Of a stretch of 64,000 nt of DNA, positions 55,201 through 64,000 are shown in pieces. Positions within the stretch are counted from its first letter, which is position 1. The number at the start of each line of letters is the position of its first letter. The stretch spans positions 64,001 to 128,000 of the IMG/VR virus record IMGVR_UViG_3300035517_000383, one strand, 5' to 3'. The notes beneath the pieces are model-generated. The model searched no databases and was not told the origin of the DNA. It saw only the letters and a program-made list of their open reading frames with translations. The stretch is from a virus. Taxonomy: Duplodnaviria; Caudoviricetes. The position numbers and the translations under genes are program-made.

Positions 55201-56928
55201 AATATTTTAAACGCCGATTGACGCTGTTTTACTCATAGCATAAGCAATATCTTCAACACTAGCAGCGGCATTAGCAGCAAGCTCAGAGTAAACATCTGTT
55301 ACGTGAGAGCCTTCTTCCATTTCTAATTTAAACCCGCGCAAGGCCGCCGTCATTTCAGAAGTGGCTGTACTAAAATCTAGACCAGCCAAAGTAGCAAGTT
55401 TCATTGTGTCTTCTGTAAGTGATAAAGCTTCATTTGTATCAAGGCCTTGTTGGTAGAATAAAGCAGAAGCTTCAATAACGCTTTTAGTTTCCTGTCCTAA
55501 ATTTTTTGCCATATCGGCATAATCACTATAACTATCCCACATTTCTGATACAGAATAATCAGTAACCATTGCAATGGATGCAAAAGCACTATCTAATTCT
55601 TTTACGTCCTAAAATGTTTCTTGTATAGCTTGTTTTACTAGTCTCCATGCAGACCCAATTGAAAGTATTTGTTTTACAGTGTTTTGTAAATTACTAAATG
55701 CGTTGTTAACATTTTCCTAAGCTTCTGCCCATTCTAAGTTTGCCTAAACTGTGTCATGTGCGGCACCTCTAACGTTTTCCTGAGCCTCTACATTTCTGTC
55801 TAGTTGCTAATTAAAGTTCTCAACATTCTATCCAGCTAATGCCATTGCAGAGGACAAAGTACTTTCCAATTGTTGTGTAATCTATTCAACTTGTTGTAAA
55901 TTCTAAGTTAAAGACTAAACATCACTATTATTAACGAGATTTTGTCCTGCTTCACTTAGTTCAAATTCACCTTGTGCATTACTTTGGCCAAGAACCATTG
56001 AATTTCTTGCTCTAGTAATTTGTCCTTTAATACCACTTTCTGTTGCAGCATTAGTCATTGCATTTAAATCTCTAGTAAAGTCCTCTTGGAGTTCATCTGT
56101 ACTTGTAATAGCAACTCCATATTTTTTCATTTCTGCTTGTAGTCTTGCAACAGCATCAGCCGCAGTTTTGCCGCTATTTCCAATTTCTTTTAATACCTTA
56201 GAATACTCTTCTGTTAATGCAGACTAAACATTGGATGCTTCTACCGTCCTATTAGCAGTTACTCCAGTACCACTTCTTAAGTCTGTTCCTCCGTGAGTAC
56301 CCCTTCTGTCAGTTGCGGCATAAGTATATTTATTAGCATCAACAGTTACATTCTCTGCGTATGATTGAGCATTTGCACTTTTAGCAACTTGTTTACCAAT
56401 GCTTTTTCTTGCGGCTTCTTCTTTTGCTTGACCGACCTTTTTAATTGCTGCTTCAAGCTGTTCTTGATTTTTAATTTCACCAGTAATAGATTTAATTTCT
56501 TTATCGTTTAGTTTTAAACTTTTAGCTTGTTCAGTCAAACTATCTTTAGCTGTCTTAACTAAATCTTCTTGTTTACTGTTTAGATTGTCAAGCTAGGTTC
56601 TATATTTCTGAACCTCAGCGGCATTTACATTGAAATTACCAGCTTGATTAACTTGTCTTAATCCAACCTAAATTTTAGCAATAACTGTATCAAGTTTATC
56701 AAATTGTTTACCAAAATTTTGCACGTCTTTGCTTCCAGAAAATCCTTTTTGTACATGAGCAAGAAGTTCTTGCACCATTTTATCTGCCGAAGCAATATCT
56801 TTATCTACTTGAGTAAACATACTATTCTATGCGCCAGCCTATGACATAGCCTGACGAACTTGTTTTAAGGCATTAAGTATATTACTAACATCTAAATTAC
56901 CTTTTATAGTATAATTTCTATCTGCCAA
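43264..56928 (-). CDS. Tape measure protein (~2624 aa) in 7 exons: 55221-56928, 53817-53899, 52358-52374, 51795-52011, 50463-50489, 49336-49356, 43264-49065; many TAG
   Basis: Exons total 7875 nt (divisible by 3) and rebuild the TP901-type TMP core ..AMSKTASIANSAGMSFETTSAFLTQMIETTQEAPENIGTAMKTIIARF..LDRNTQRYIATTAAGSRQQSRFIALMEDYDRT..; TTG start after AGGTGA. Confidence 0.88.
49066..49335 (-). ncRNA. Group I intron 6 of TMP (270 nt, ORF-less)
   Basis: P1 AUAGCU/GGCUAU, P7 variant GGUCA/UGACC, terminal G. Confidence 0.88.
49357..50462 (-). mobile_element. Group I intron 5 of TMP (1106 nt) with HNH ORF in 3' (P9) region
   Basis: P1 UCGU/GCGA, P10 UGCUG/CAGCA, P7 GACU/AGUC, terminal G. Confidence 0.88.
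49365..50204 (-). CDS. Intron-encoded tandem HNH endonuclease + NUMOD1 (279 aa, several TAG)
   Basis: AHRLVAEYFL..VHHKDGNRLNNH..NLEWV; AHILV..IDHIDGNKLNNH..NL; IEGNIIKIFPSIAAAA. Confidence 0.82.
50771..51652 (-). CDS. Intron-encoded tandem HNH endonuclease + NUMOD1 (293 aa, no TAG)
   Basis: VHHKDGCPRNNALDNLEWV; INHIDSNRGNNRLSNL; QYDLEMNLIQVFPSTSEAA. Confidence 0.88.
   Translation of the reverse strand: MVEGKPVIINGKETQYFLFKNGDLYNENTHRIAQGAINQGYIRFTLEIDGETIGIYKHQLMARLFIPNPENKPIVHHKDGCPRNNALDNLEWVSQEENLNKIINPVEHKITEKLTSEELEEEEWKPLQNSKYEVSNMGRIKNLQTGKITFGSRNKNSGYIRWTYNDLDGNRQEIQAHRAVYMVFHPDEKINVINHIDSNRGNNRLSNLENVSQRENVIKSYYQTKTKQTKLTGQYDLEMNLIQVFPSTSEAARSLGLNNCSNLSRAMKTGGISHGYYWREISKAEYDEFLNKK
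51707..51735 (-). promoter_or_regulatory. Early-type sigmaA promoter inside intron 4 upstream of its HNH gene
   Basis: Minus strand TTGACT-17-(TG A)TATAAT. Confidence 0.75.
52012..52357 (-). ncRNA. Group I intron 3 of TMP (346 nt, ORF-less; putative C-A 5' splice pair)
   Basis: AAUUGCUGGGAA, AAUCAGCAGCC, P7 GACUA/UAGUC; GC|A junction restores GTAMKT. Confidence 0.8.
52375..53816 (-). mobile_element. Group I intron 2 of TMP (1442 nt) with GIY-YIG ORF in P1 loop
   Basis: Exon end CCCU pairs with GGGG after the ORF stop; P7 GACUA/UAGUC; terminal G; restores QEAP|ENIG. Confidence 0.85.
52716..53693 (-). CDS. Intron-encoded GIY-YIG homing endonuclease (325 aa, 1 TAG)
   Basis: MDYGYIYYVRNEINGMMYIGK..YKGSG..AFKKFGRENF..LEKYY..FYN; RBS AGGAGG. 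Confidence 0.85.
53900..55220 (-). mobile_element. Group I intron 1 of TMP (1321 nt) with nuclease ORF in P6 loop
   Basis: P1 AGCGU/GCGUU; AAUUGCUGGAA; AGUUUAAGAUAA/UUAUCUUAAACU stem brackets the ORF; P7 GACUA/UAGUC; terminal G. Confidence 0.87.
53963..55054 (-). CDS. Intron-encoded Zn-ribbon-repeat + PD-(D/E)XK/Vsr-like endonuclease (363 aa, 4 TAG)
   Basis: Repeated CxxCG..CxxC units, then S..E..V..FL..FDF..LIEVQGQQHY..RD..KREYC..NNIPLIEVPYW. Confidence 0.8.
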
Positions 56929-56942
56929 ATTAACTCACCTCA

Positions 56943-58706
56943 TTATATTGATAAAGCTGAAATAGAAATTAATTTTAAAATGTTCTCGATTTCAGTTTCT
57001 TTTATTTTATGAATTTTTTTTGTACTCTATCCCACGACATTATTTCTTCCTGTGTCGTTAATTTCTTTTACGGTATAAAAATCTCTAATAATATTCGTAT
57101 TATTTAATACTTTTGATTTCTCTAATATATCAGCATATCTCTAAGCTAAAATAGCCGAGGCGGGATAGAAATATCCAGAAATTTTGAATATAGGGCTATA
57201 TAAAATGTCCTTTTCTTTTATTTTTTGCAATGCCCTATTTTTCATTCCTTCGTAAGTTGCTGCTCTTATCTGACCCAAATCCGCCTAAGATAAAACTGCA
57301 TTTATATATGTTTTATCTTCGTCATATAACTCTATTAAAGAAGTTAATATTTCAATTTGCTATACTGATAATAGCTAAACAGCTTCTTTAATTGATAAAT
57401 TATCTATATTTAAATTTTTAGTTGAATATAGTCCTGTATTTATGCCTTTAGTCTTTCCTGTAATATTTATCAAATTAAACTCTTTATCCTATATTCCGTA
57501 ATAATGACCCTTTATCTTTATTATTTCATCAACACCAGATTTAGCTTTCCCCATAACTGTTGGATTGAGTGAGCGTTCTCCAACACTAGTTGTTTTAATT
57601 CCGACAATTTTGTTTATATAAGTAGTTAATATTTCTCCATAATCACCTTTGAATGCTCTACTTATATAACCCTTATTTTCTTTGTTTGAAACATAAGTAA
57701 TTTTTACAAGTTCATATCCTGATGCAATTAATTTTTTATGCATTTTTTGCCAATATTCTTTGTTATTTAATATTTTTTCTAATTTGCCTATTAATTTCTT
57801 ACTTCTGCTAAGTTTTGATTTTACGGCGCGTAAATATTCCTATTGAATTGGAATAACCACATATTTTTTAAACATCTCATAATTTTTTGAAAATTCATCT
57901 ATCTACTTTTTATAATCTTCGGTATCTAAAGACTATGTTTTATTGTTTTTTTTATTCTATTTGTTATCACATATATTTTTTATTGCTGTTCCAGTGGCTT
58001 CTCTTAATGCTTCATTCAATTTTTTACCGAATTCTTCAAAATTATTAGCATTAATTGGAGTAGTTTGGAGATTATTTTCTAATTGTGTATTGAGTGACTA
58101 AATTTCTTTCATATTTTTATTTAAATTTACAATATCATCGTTTGTTATATAAAATTCGCCCTATGTAATAGTAAAACCTCCAGCCTTACTAATTAAAAAC
58201 AATAAATACGCAAAATTTTTTTCATTATCAAAGTCGTCTTCATCTACAATTTCTTTGAGTTCCTGTCGAATGCTATCTTTGCTTCCTTTTATTTTTACCT
58301 CATTGTCTGTATTTAAAAATTTTTCTTCTCTACCAAAATAAAATTGACTAAAATAATTATTAAAATCATTAGCATATTTGTTTGCAACCTGTCTTAATTT
58401 ATTTATATTATTACAATAATCAACCGATGGTTTTTTAAAATTACAATCGGGATTGTCTTTTTTAATATCCTCAATTAATGTTTTCTCTACATTTAACAAA
58501 GTATTTAAAGGAATTTTTATTAATTCTTCCTTGTCGTTAAAATTTGTATTGCTTTTTTCTTGATGCAAGGCCTCGTTTGTAAGATTTTTTTCATATTTAA
58601 GAGTTTTATCACATTTTAAAAAATTATCAAATTTTTCTTTGTTTTTTATATAAAAACCGTATGGTTCGGAAGATTCTTCTATTTGTCCGAAATTATAAAT
58701 ATTCAT
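56943..58706 (-). CDS. Hypothetical protein upstream of TMP (~587 aa, many TAG)
   Basis: Fragments 58161-58721 and 57489-57743 share a frame; RBS GGAGGTG; TAA at 56943. Confidence 0.7.
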
Positions 58707-58724
58707 TTTTCTCACCTCCAAAAA

Positions 58725-58751
58725 TAAAAATGAGCGACCTTTGCCGCTCCT
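58725..58751 (-). terminator. Rho-independent terminator
   Basis: GAGCGGC-AAAG-GTCGCTC-ATTTTT on minus strand. Confidence 0.65.
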
Positions 58752-59653
58752 TAAATATAATCTCCAGTTAATTCCGTATCTAAAAAAGTTATATATGCTA
58801 TAGTCTACCCCTCTCTCCTTCTATTTTCATCTGGATAACCAGTAAAATAGAAATCACTAACAGTAGACATATCATAACTTTTTCCCAATTTCACTGATAA
58901 ACTCGAAGATAATTTAATTTTTGGCATCTCCAATATCGCAGTGGTCACTTCTCCACTCTTTTCATCCTTTACACTCATTTTCCCATTTAATCTGAGAAAA
59001 CCATTAAAAAGTCGGTTTCCGACTTCAATTACCTTAATCTTATCTTCATAAGTAAAAGTATAATCGACCAAAACATTTCTATATTGCTCTTGAAAGAAAA
59101 TTCGATTTTGATAAATTTCAAAATCTCTAATTCGCAGACCCGTATCTGCATCGTAACAGAAAATCCATTTTGTCTTTGAAGGCAGCAATGGTTTCAGCAT
59201 CAACTCTGGTCTACGTCCCATTGGCAATGGTTCATTATATGGATTAGGTTGTGCGCCAATCTTACAATCGCAATTATTTGGTCTATATTTCAAATCAACA
59301 TAGCAATAGTTACCATCATCTATTGTATGCAAAGTCTCATAATACTATACCGATTTGATATTCGGTTCCTTTAACTATGAGTTACTTAGTAATGCCCAAC
59401 TTGTAGGAGATAATACTCCATGAGTAATAGCAAAACTAGCTTCTCTATCAATTTCCCAATTTACTAATGCCGGATTATGATAGCCACCACTTGCTTGTAC
59501 AGTTCTCTTTTGTTCTTGGAACTATGCAATCTCAGCGGTAGAAAAAGATAATATCGTTTCATTAATATCATATTTTCGTTCACCAATTTCAAGTGGATTA
59601 TTTAGCCTTAGAGTAACGTCATAAAGTTCTTTCATACCAGCAAAATTCTCCAT
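58751..59653 (-). CDS. Divergent tail-tube-family paralog (300 aa, several TAG)
   Basis: MENFAGMKELYDVT resembles the GIKEVADV N-termini; GGYHNPALVNWE; LEMPKIKLSS. Confidence 0.65.
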
Positions 59654-59715
59654 TAGATATTTCACCTCCTTTTACTCCTTCTTTTAATAAAGTAAAGATT
59701 GTTAGTTTCTAGTAT

Positions 59716-59745
59716 AAAAAAATAAGACGACCTTGCGGCCGCCTT
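59716..59745 (-). terminator. Rho-independent terminator
   Basis: AAGGCGGCC-GCAA-GGTCGTCTT-ATTTTTT on minus strand. Confidence 0.65.
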
Positions 59746-59751
59746 AAAAAA

Positions 59752-61149
59752 TTAATAAATTTCTGGATTGTCGATTCCAGTTGTCTCTGCAATTTCGATT
59801 TGTGTAGGTGTATATGTATAACGAGATTTCTGTGGTACAACTCTTGTGCCGCCATGTACGTTATCATCATCTACATCAAACTGTTTCAATTCAATCATAA
59901 TATCATTTGGAGGAGTTAGAACATCAATGCTCATACTAAAAGTTGTTGGGTCGCCCTCTGCTTCTAATGTTAAGCTTGTATCTGATGATACTTGTGCTCT
60001 ATGGATTGTGAATTGATAACGCTGGTCTTTACCTGTTTTCTGGTCACGAATATAGGTTTCACCAACAATTTTATAAGTCTCAGGGAATGTTTCTGCATCA
60101 ATTACCAATGTTTTTCCAAGAATACCATCATCAGTACCCTCCTTGCGTTTTACAGTACGTGACCACTTATAATAAATAGTACCAATTTTAAGTTTAAAAG
60201 TATCGGAATCAGTTACTCTATCAAAGTTCTTATCATAGTGTTCGTCTGAATCATTGTCCCAACCTTGAATGAAACCTTCGTCAGAAACACTAAGTAAAGG
60301 AAGCATTGTCTTTGCATCATAATAGATTACATAAGAAGAAGTTTGGTCATCACGATAGTATTTAAGTAAATTCTCTTTCTGCTCTTTTGTACTGATAGTA
60401 AGTCCATTTCTATCTTTCACAATGCACTTTTCCATTCTATCAATTACCTCTAAATCATACATTTCAGTTTCAATTGTGCCAAGTTTATTTAACTCATTAA
60501 TGTAAGTTAAAATCTTATCACAAACTACCTGTGGCATAGCCTATTGAGAATTTCTTTCTTCTTCATCTGTTGGTATCATTGCTTTTGCATATTCTTCATT
60601 AGAAAGCCAAATTCTTTTAAAATAACCTTTTCTTAATCGTGTTCTTGCTTCTTCAATTTGCGGCTCATCTTCATTATAATTATTCTTCCAGTAAATTGTA
60701 CTGTTGCCACCAGTTGAAATGTTTTCTTCGGTTGCGGCCTTAAAAATAATTTCCCATTCTTCATCAGTTAAAGCTGGGGAAGGATAAGCTTTTGTAGAAT
60801 AATGTAACTTTCCATATTTGTTAGCCATATTAATTTTAACAATTGCAGACGTATAAGGAGAAAGCTTGGCTTGAAGTTCTCCGCCCCAAATCATGCTCAT
60901 AGAAGCAGGAGAAAACAAAGCATCTTCAAGAGACAAGGTGATTTCCTTACCAAAATTCCAAGTAATTAATTTTTTGTTACCTTTACCACCCTCAGCACTA
61001 ACTTTCTCTGCCGATTTTTCTATTGTAGAAACCTTTAAAGTATCAAGAAGAAGGACTGGTGTATAGAATTCTTCGTCGCCCACTGTCGTAATACTGTAAA
61101 AAACTACGTCAGCCACTTCTTTAATACCATATTTTTGGAATAAGTTCAT
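59752..61149 (-). CDS. Tail-tube/major-tail-family protein (465 aa, 1 TAG at 60541)
   Basis: Two ORF-track fragments joined by TAG; YGIKEVADV..DTLKVSTIE..LEDAL..LTLEAEGDPTTF. Confidence 0.75.
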
Positions 61150-61162
61150 TTAATTCACCTCT

Positions 61163-61558
61163 TTAATTTGTTTCTTTTATCTACAAAATAATTTCATCAT
61201 CAGAAGTATTTATTACTATGTTCTCTGGTGAAATTATTTTAGATGTAGATTTAATTTGTAATTCTCTTTGCTATCCCGTAGGCTCACTCTTTACACCATC
61301 AACTAAATAATATTCAATTTGCGGCTAGTAAACTTTATAATAAAGTTTTACTACTAAATTTGATTCATCAATTAAACTATTATTACTTACTGTAATAGAT
61401 GTAATATTAGATATTGGATTAGCCTCGTTATCATCTAAATAATACACCTGATTATCTTCAGGACTTACGATTTCTATCTTTGTATATGTATTATATTGCT
61501 TACCTTCGTTATACCAAGATTTTGTTATTACTGGAATATGTTCTGGAGTATCATCACT
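61163..61558 (-). CDS. Start-less 131-codon frame, possible frameshift extension of upstream tail protein
   Basis: Open with TAG=Q from the A of the upstream TGA to TAA at 61163; no RBS or start seen. Confidence 0.45.
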
Positions 61559-63810
61559 CAGTCAGACCCATCAATATCTTCATATGTTGGGTCTGTGGGC
61601 ATCACCCCATCACTAGGAACTATTTCAGTACTACCACTAGCATAATTGTCGTACTTCTTAGTAGAAACATCGTACTGAGTAAGTTTCATCATTACACCAT
61701 CCTCTCTACGTAATACTTTCAGATTCATAGTGAAAGTTGTTGGGTCACCTGCTGCTTCTAGTGTTAAATTAGTATCACTACTCATTTTACAAAGTGGAAT
61801 CTCAAACTAAAGTCTTTGGTCTTTACCATTATCTCTCGCACGAGCATAAGTTTCTCCCACTAAACGATAGGTACCGGGATAATGAATTGCATCTACAATT
61901 ACCTAATGTCCAAGTGTTGTATATTCAGGCGCACGACTACGAGTCCATTTATAATAAACCTCATACTGTTTAATTACACGAAGATTTCCTTGAATAATTT
62001 GCCCATTCTTCCTATAATATTCATCAGTATTTGGCTCATAAGGTTTCATTGTTTTGGGGTCAATAAATACTGTTATTTCAGATTGAGCATATTCTGGCAT
62101 ATAACGATAATTACCAAGACGAATATTACTATCAGTATTGATACAAAACGTCTGACTAGCCTTACATTTTTCCATTCTATCTAAATAATAAACATCTTCA
62201 ATACCGCTGTTAATAGGATAAATTAAATCTTGTGGAGGAACATTGTTATTATTCCAGTCAGAAATAATATAGAAAGTACCAACTTTAACTCTTGTTATAT
62301 AAGTGCTATTAATATTACTTAATGCTGTTGGAACAGACCAGTCAAGATTTAAATAAAAATCAATTTTTGAACCATATTGTTCGTAGAACCAACCATAACT
62401 TTGCTCTGCAACTTCTTGATTTTTTAGCTTATCATATGAAAAAATTTCTTTATCACTTGATTTATCCCAAGAGTCTGTAGATTCATTATGAACCGTCTCG
62501 TACAACCCTTGTCTAGCAATCATAATTTCTTTATTAATATTGTCTTCTGGTACTCTAAAACGTACACTTGCATTTTCAATATAATAGCAATCTTGCTCTC
62601 CTTCTAAAGAAGTCATTTTCAAATCCGTTTTATTCCAAAGATAGCTGTAAATTCTGTCATTCGCATCAGCACAATAAATATTGTTTTCACCCAATTCTTG
62701 ATAATAACATTGTTCATCATTATCTGTTTTTGGTGCAAACTTATACGTTTTATAATCAAAATCTCCAAAAGCATCAATTATTATTTCTGCTTTTTCTGGA
62801 CGTTTTTTATTTACCCATTTGTTTAGTTGAAGTTCTATTTCAGAATATTTCCAAAGAGGTTCTTCATCGTCTTCGTTTTCAAAAATCTCTTTTCCTAAAG
62901 GACAAATTGATGAGGTACCTTCTAATTCTCCAGTTCCACTCTTCTTAAGATATTTATAAACCCCATCATTTTCAACATAACGAATAAGCTTAATTTCTCC
63001 ATCACATGGACATTCAAAAATTACATAACCTTCTTCTAAGTAACTATTGATTATATCTAAGCAAGAAATCATATCATCATTATTAATAACAGAATCTATT
63101 AAACTATCTTTTTCATTCAAACTAAAATAAGAGTTTGAATTTTCTTCATCCTCAATTAAACTCAAAGATTGTCTTATCTTAGAAACAATAGTTGCTGTTG
63201 ATGGATGAGAAGAATCCTGTCCCAAAAGTCCATTTTGTGCGGCCTTAAGCAATTTTGTATAAGCATTCTTTACTAAATCATTATTCTTAATATATTTATT
63301 ACCATTAGTATCTATAAAAACACCAATATTATCAAAATTATAAGTCCAAAGTAAAGAATTTTCTTCTTCATCATAAATTTTCACAAAAAGAGACTCATAA
63401 CCCGTAATAATATTGCTGGAAATTTCCGCTAAAGAAACAACTTCCTTCTTAAGATATAGTGTTCTTCCATATCTATCCTTTGGATATACATAAGGATTCC
63501 AAACACCGTAAATCTTAGAATTCTTTGTGCCAAATTTTCCTCCCCACATTAAACTTTGACTTGCAGGAGTGTAAAGAGCATCTTCCAAAGTAACAGAAAT
63601 TTCCTTACCGTAATCCCACATAATAAGCTCTGGATTGCCCAAGCCGCCGCGAGCAGAAGTCTGCTCGGCGGTTTGTTCAACTGTAGAGACTTTTAATGTG
63701 TCAAAGTATAACACTGGAACATATATTTCATCGTCATTTTTATCAAGTTCAATAGCATAAAGCGTTACATCTGCAACTTCTTTAATACCATATTGGTCAA
63801 ATATGTTCAC
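61558..63810 (-). CDS. Tail-tube-family protein with large internal insertion (750 aa, 2 TAG)
   Basis: YGIKEVADV..DTLKVSTVE..LEDAL..DRMEKC..YYKWTR..PGTYRLVGETY..LTLEAAGDPTTF; reads through TAG to TGA at 61558. Confidence 0.78.
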
Positions 63811-63826
63811 TTATTTTCGCCTCCTT

Positions 63827-64000
63827 TTACTCACTTAACACTTCTGTTGAGCCATCTTTGATTTCAAAGTTACCTTCATCATTCATTACCATTTTATCAG
63901 CAGTCTCATAAGTAGTAATTTCCATCATAAGTCCACTGCGCGGGCGTGCAACTTCAAGTTCAAGGTTAAAAGTTGTAGGGTCACCTGCTGCTTCTAATGT
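63827..64000 (-). CDS. C-terminus of another tail-tube-family paralog (truncated by window)
   Basis: TLEAAGDPTTFNLELEVARPRSGLMMEIT...*. Confidence 0.7.
   Translation of the reverse strand, partial: TLEAAGDPTTFNLELEVARPRSGLMMEITTYETADKMVMNDEGNFEIKDGSTEVLSE

Noticed and set aside
32738-58706. Fragmented ORFs suggesting a decayed prophage or pseudogenes
   Set aside because: Breaks are TAG in a single frame or intron boundaries; TAA/TGA and frameshifts do not interrupt the genes.
141-62948. Short antisense/overlapping ORF-track entries (e.g. 141-464, 9640-9825, 12509-12913, 25748-26122, 31244-31501, 43452-43679, 62568-62948)
   Set aside because: They are shadows of long genes or introns on the other strand or frame, with no RBS or recognisable motifs.
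1-64000. CRISPR array, suppressor tRNA-CUA, inteins in dnaE/helicase/gyrA
   Set aside because: No regularly spaced repeats, cloverleaf or intein splice motifs seen by eye; tRNAscan and HMM searches would be needed to exclude them fully.

Overview
A 64-kb slice of a large, very AT-rich tailed phage genome, probably infecting an anaerobic Firmicute (inferred from class III RNR, a PolIII-alpha, sigmaA-type promoters and GH25/M23 lysin domains). The + strand (1-29.5 kb) is a nucleotide-metabolism and replication module: nrdD/nrdG, gyrB/gyrA, SSB, AAA recombinase, PhoH, helicase, primase, RecJ, DnaE, ClpP, dUTPase, RuvC. The - strand (29.6-64 kb) is a late tail/lysis module. Four layers are hidden from the standard-code ORF track. 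(1) TAG is recoded to Gln (genetic code 15): it is dense in late genes and absent from most early genes, and reading it as Q fuses the ORF fragments into long genes. (2) There are ten group I introns. Six of them split the tape-measure gene into 7 exons (micro-exons of 17, 21 and 27 nt), four carry homing endonucleases of three families, and one appears to use a C-A instead of U-G 5' splice pair. (3) A ~570-nt independently transcribed, highly base-paired non-coding RNA sits between nrdG and a TAG-laden Mom-like DNA-modification gene. (4) GCGGC/GCCGC is strongly over-represented, including five NotI sites. All coordinates and translations were derived by eye; no searches were run.
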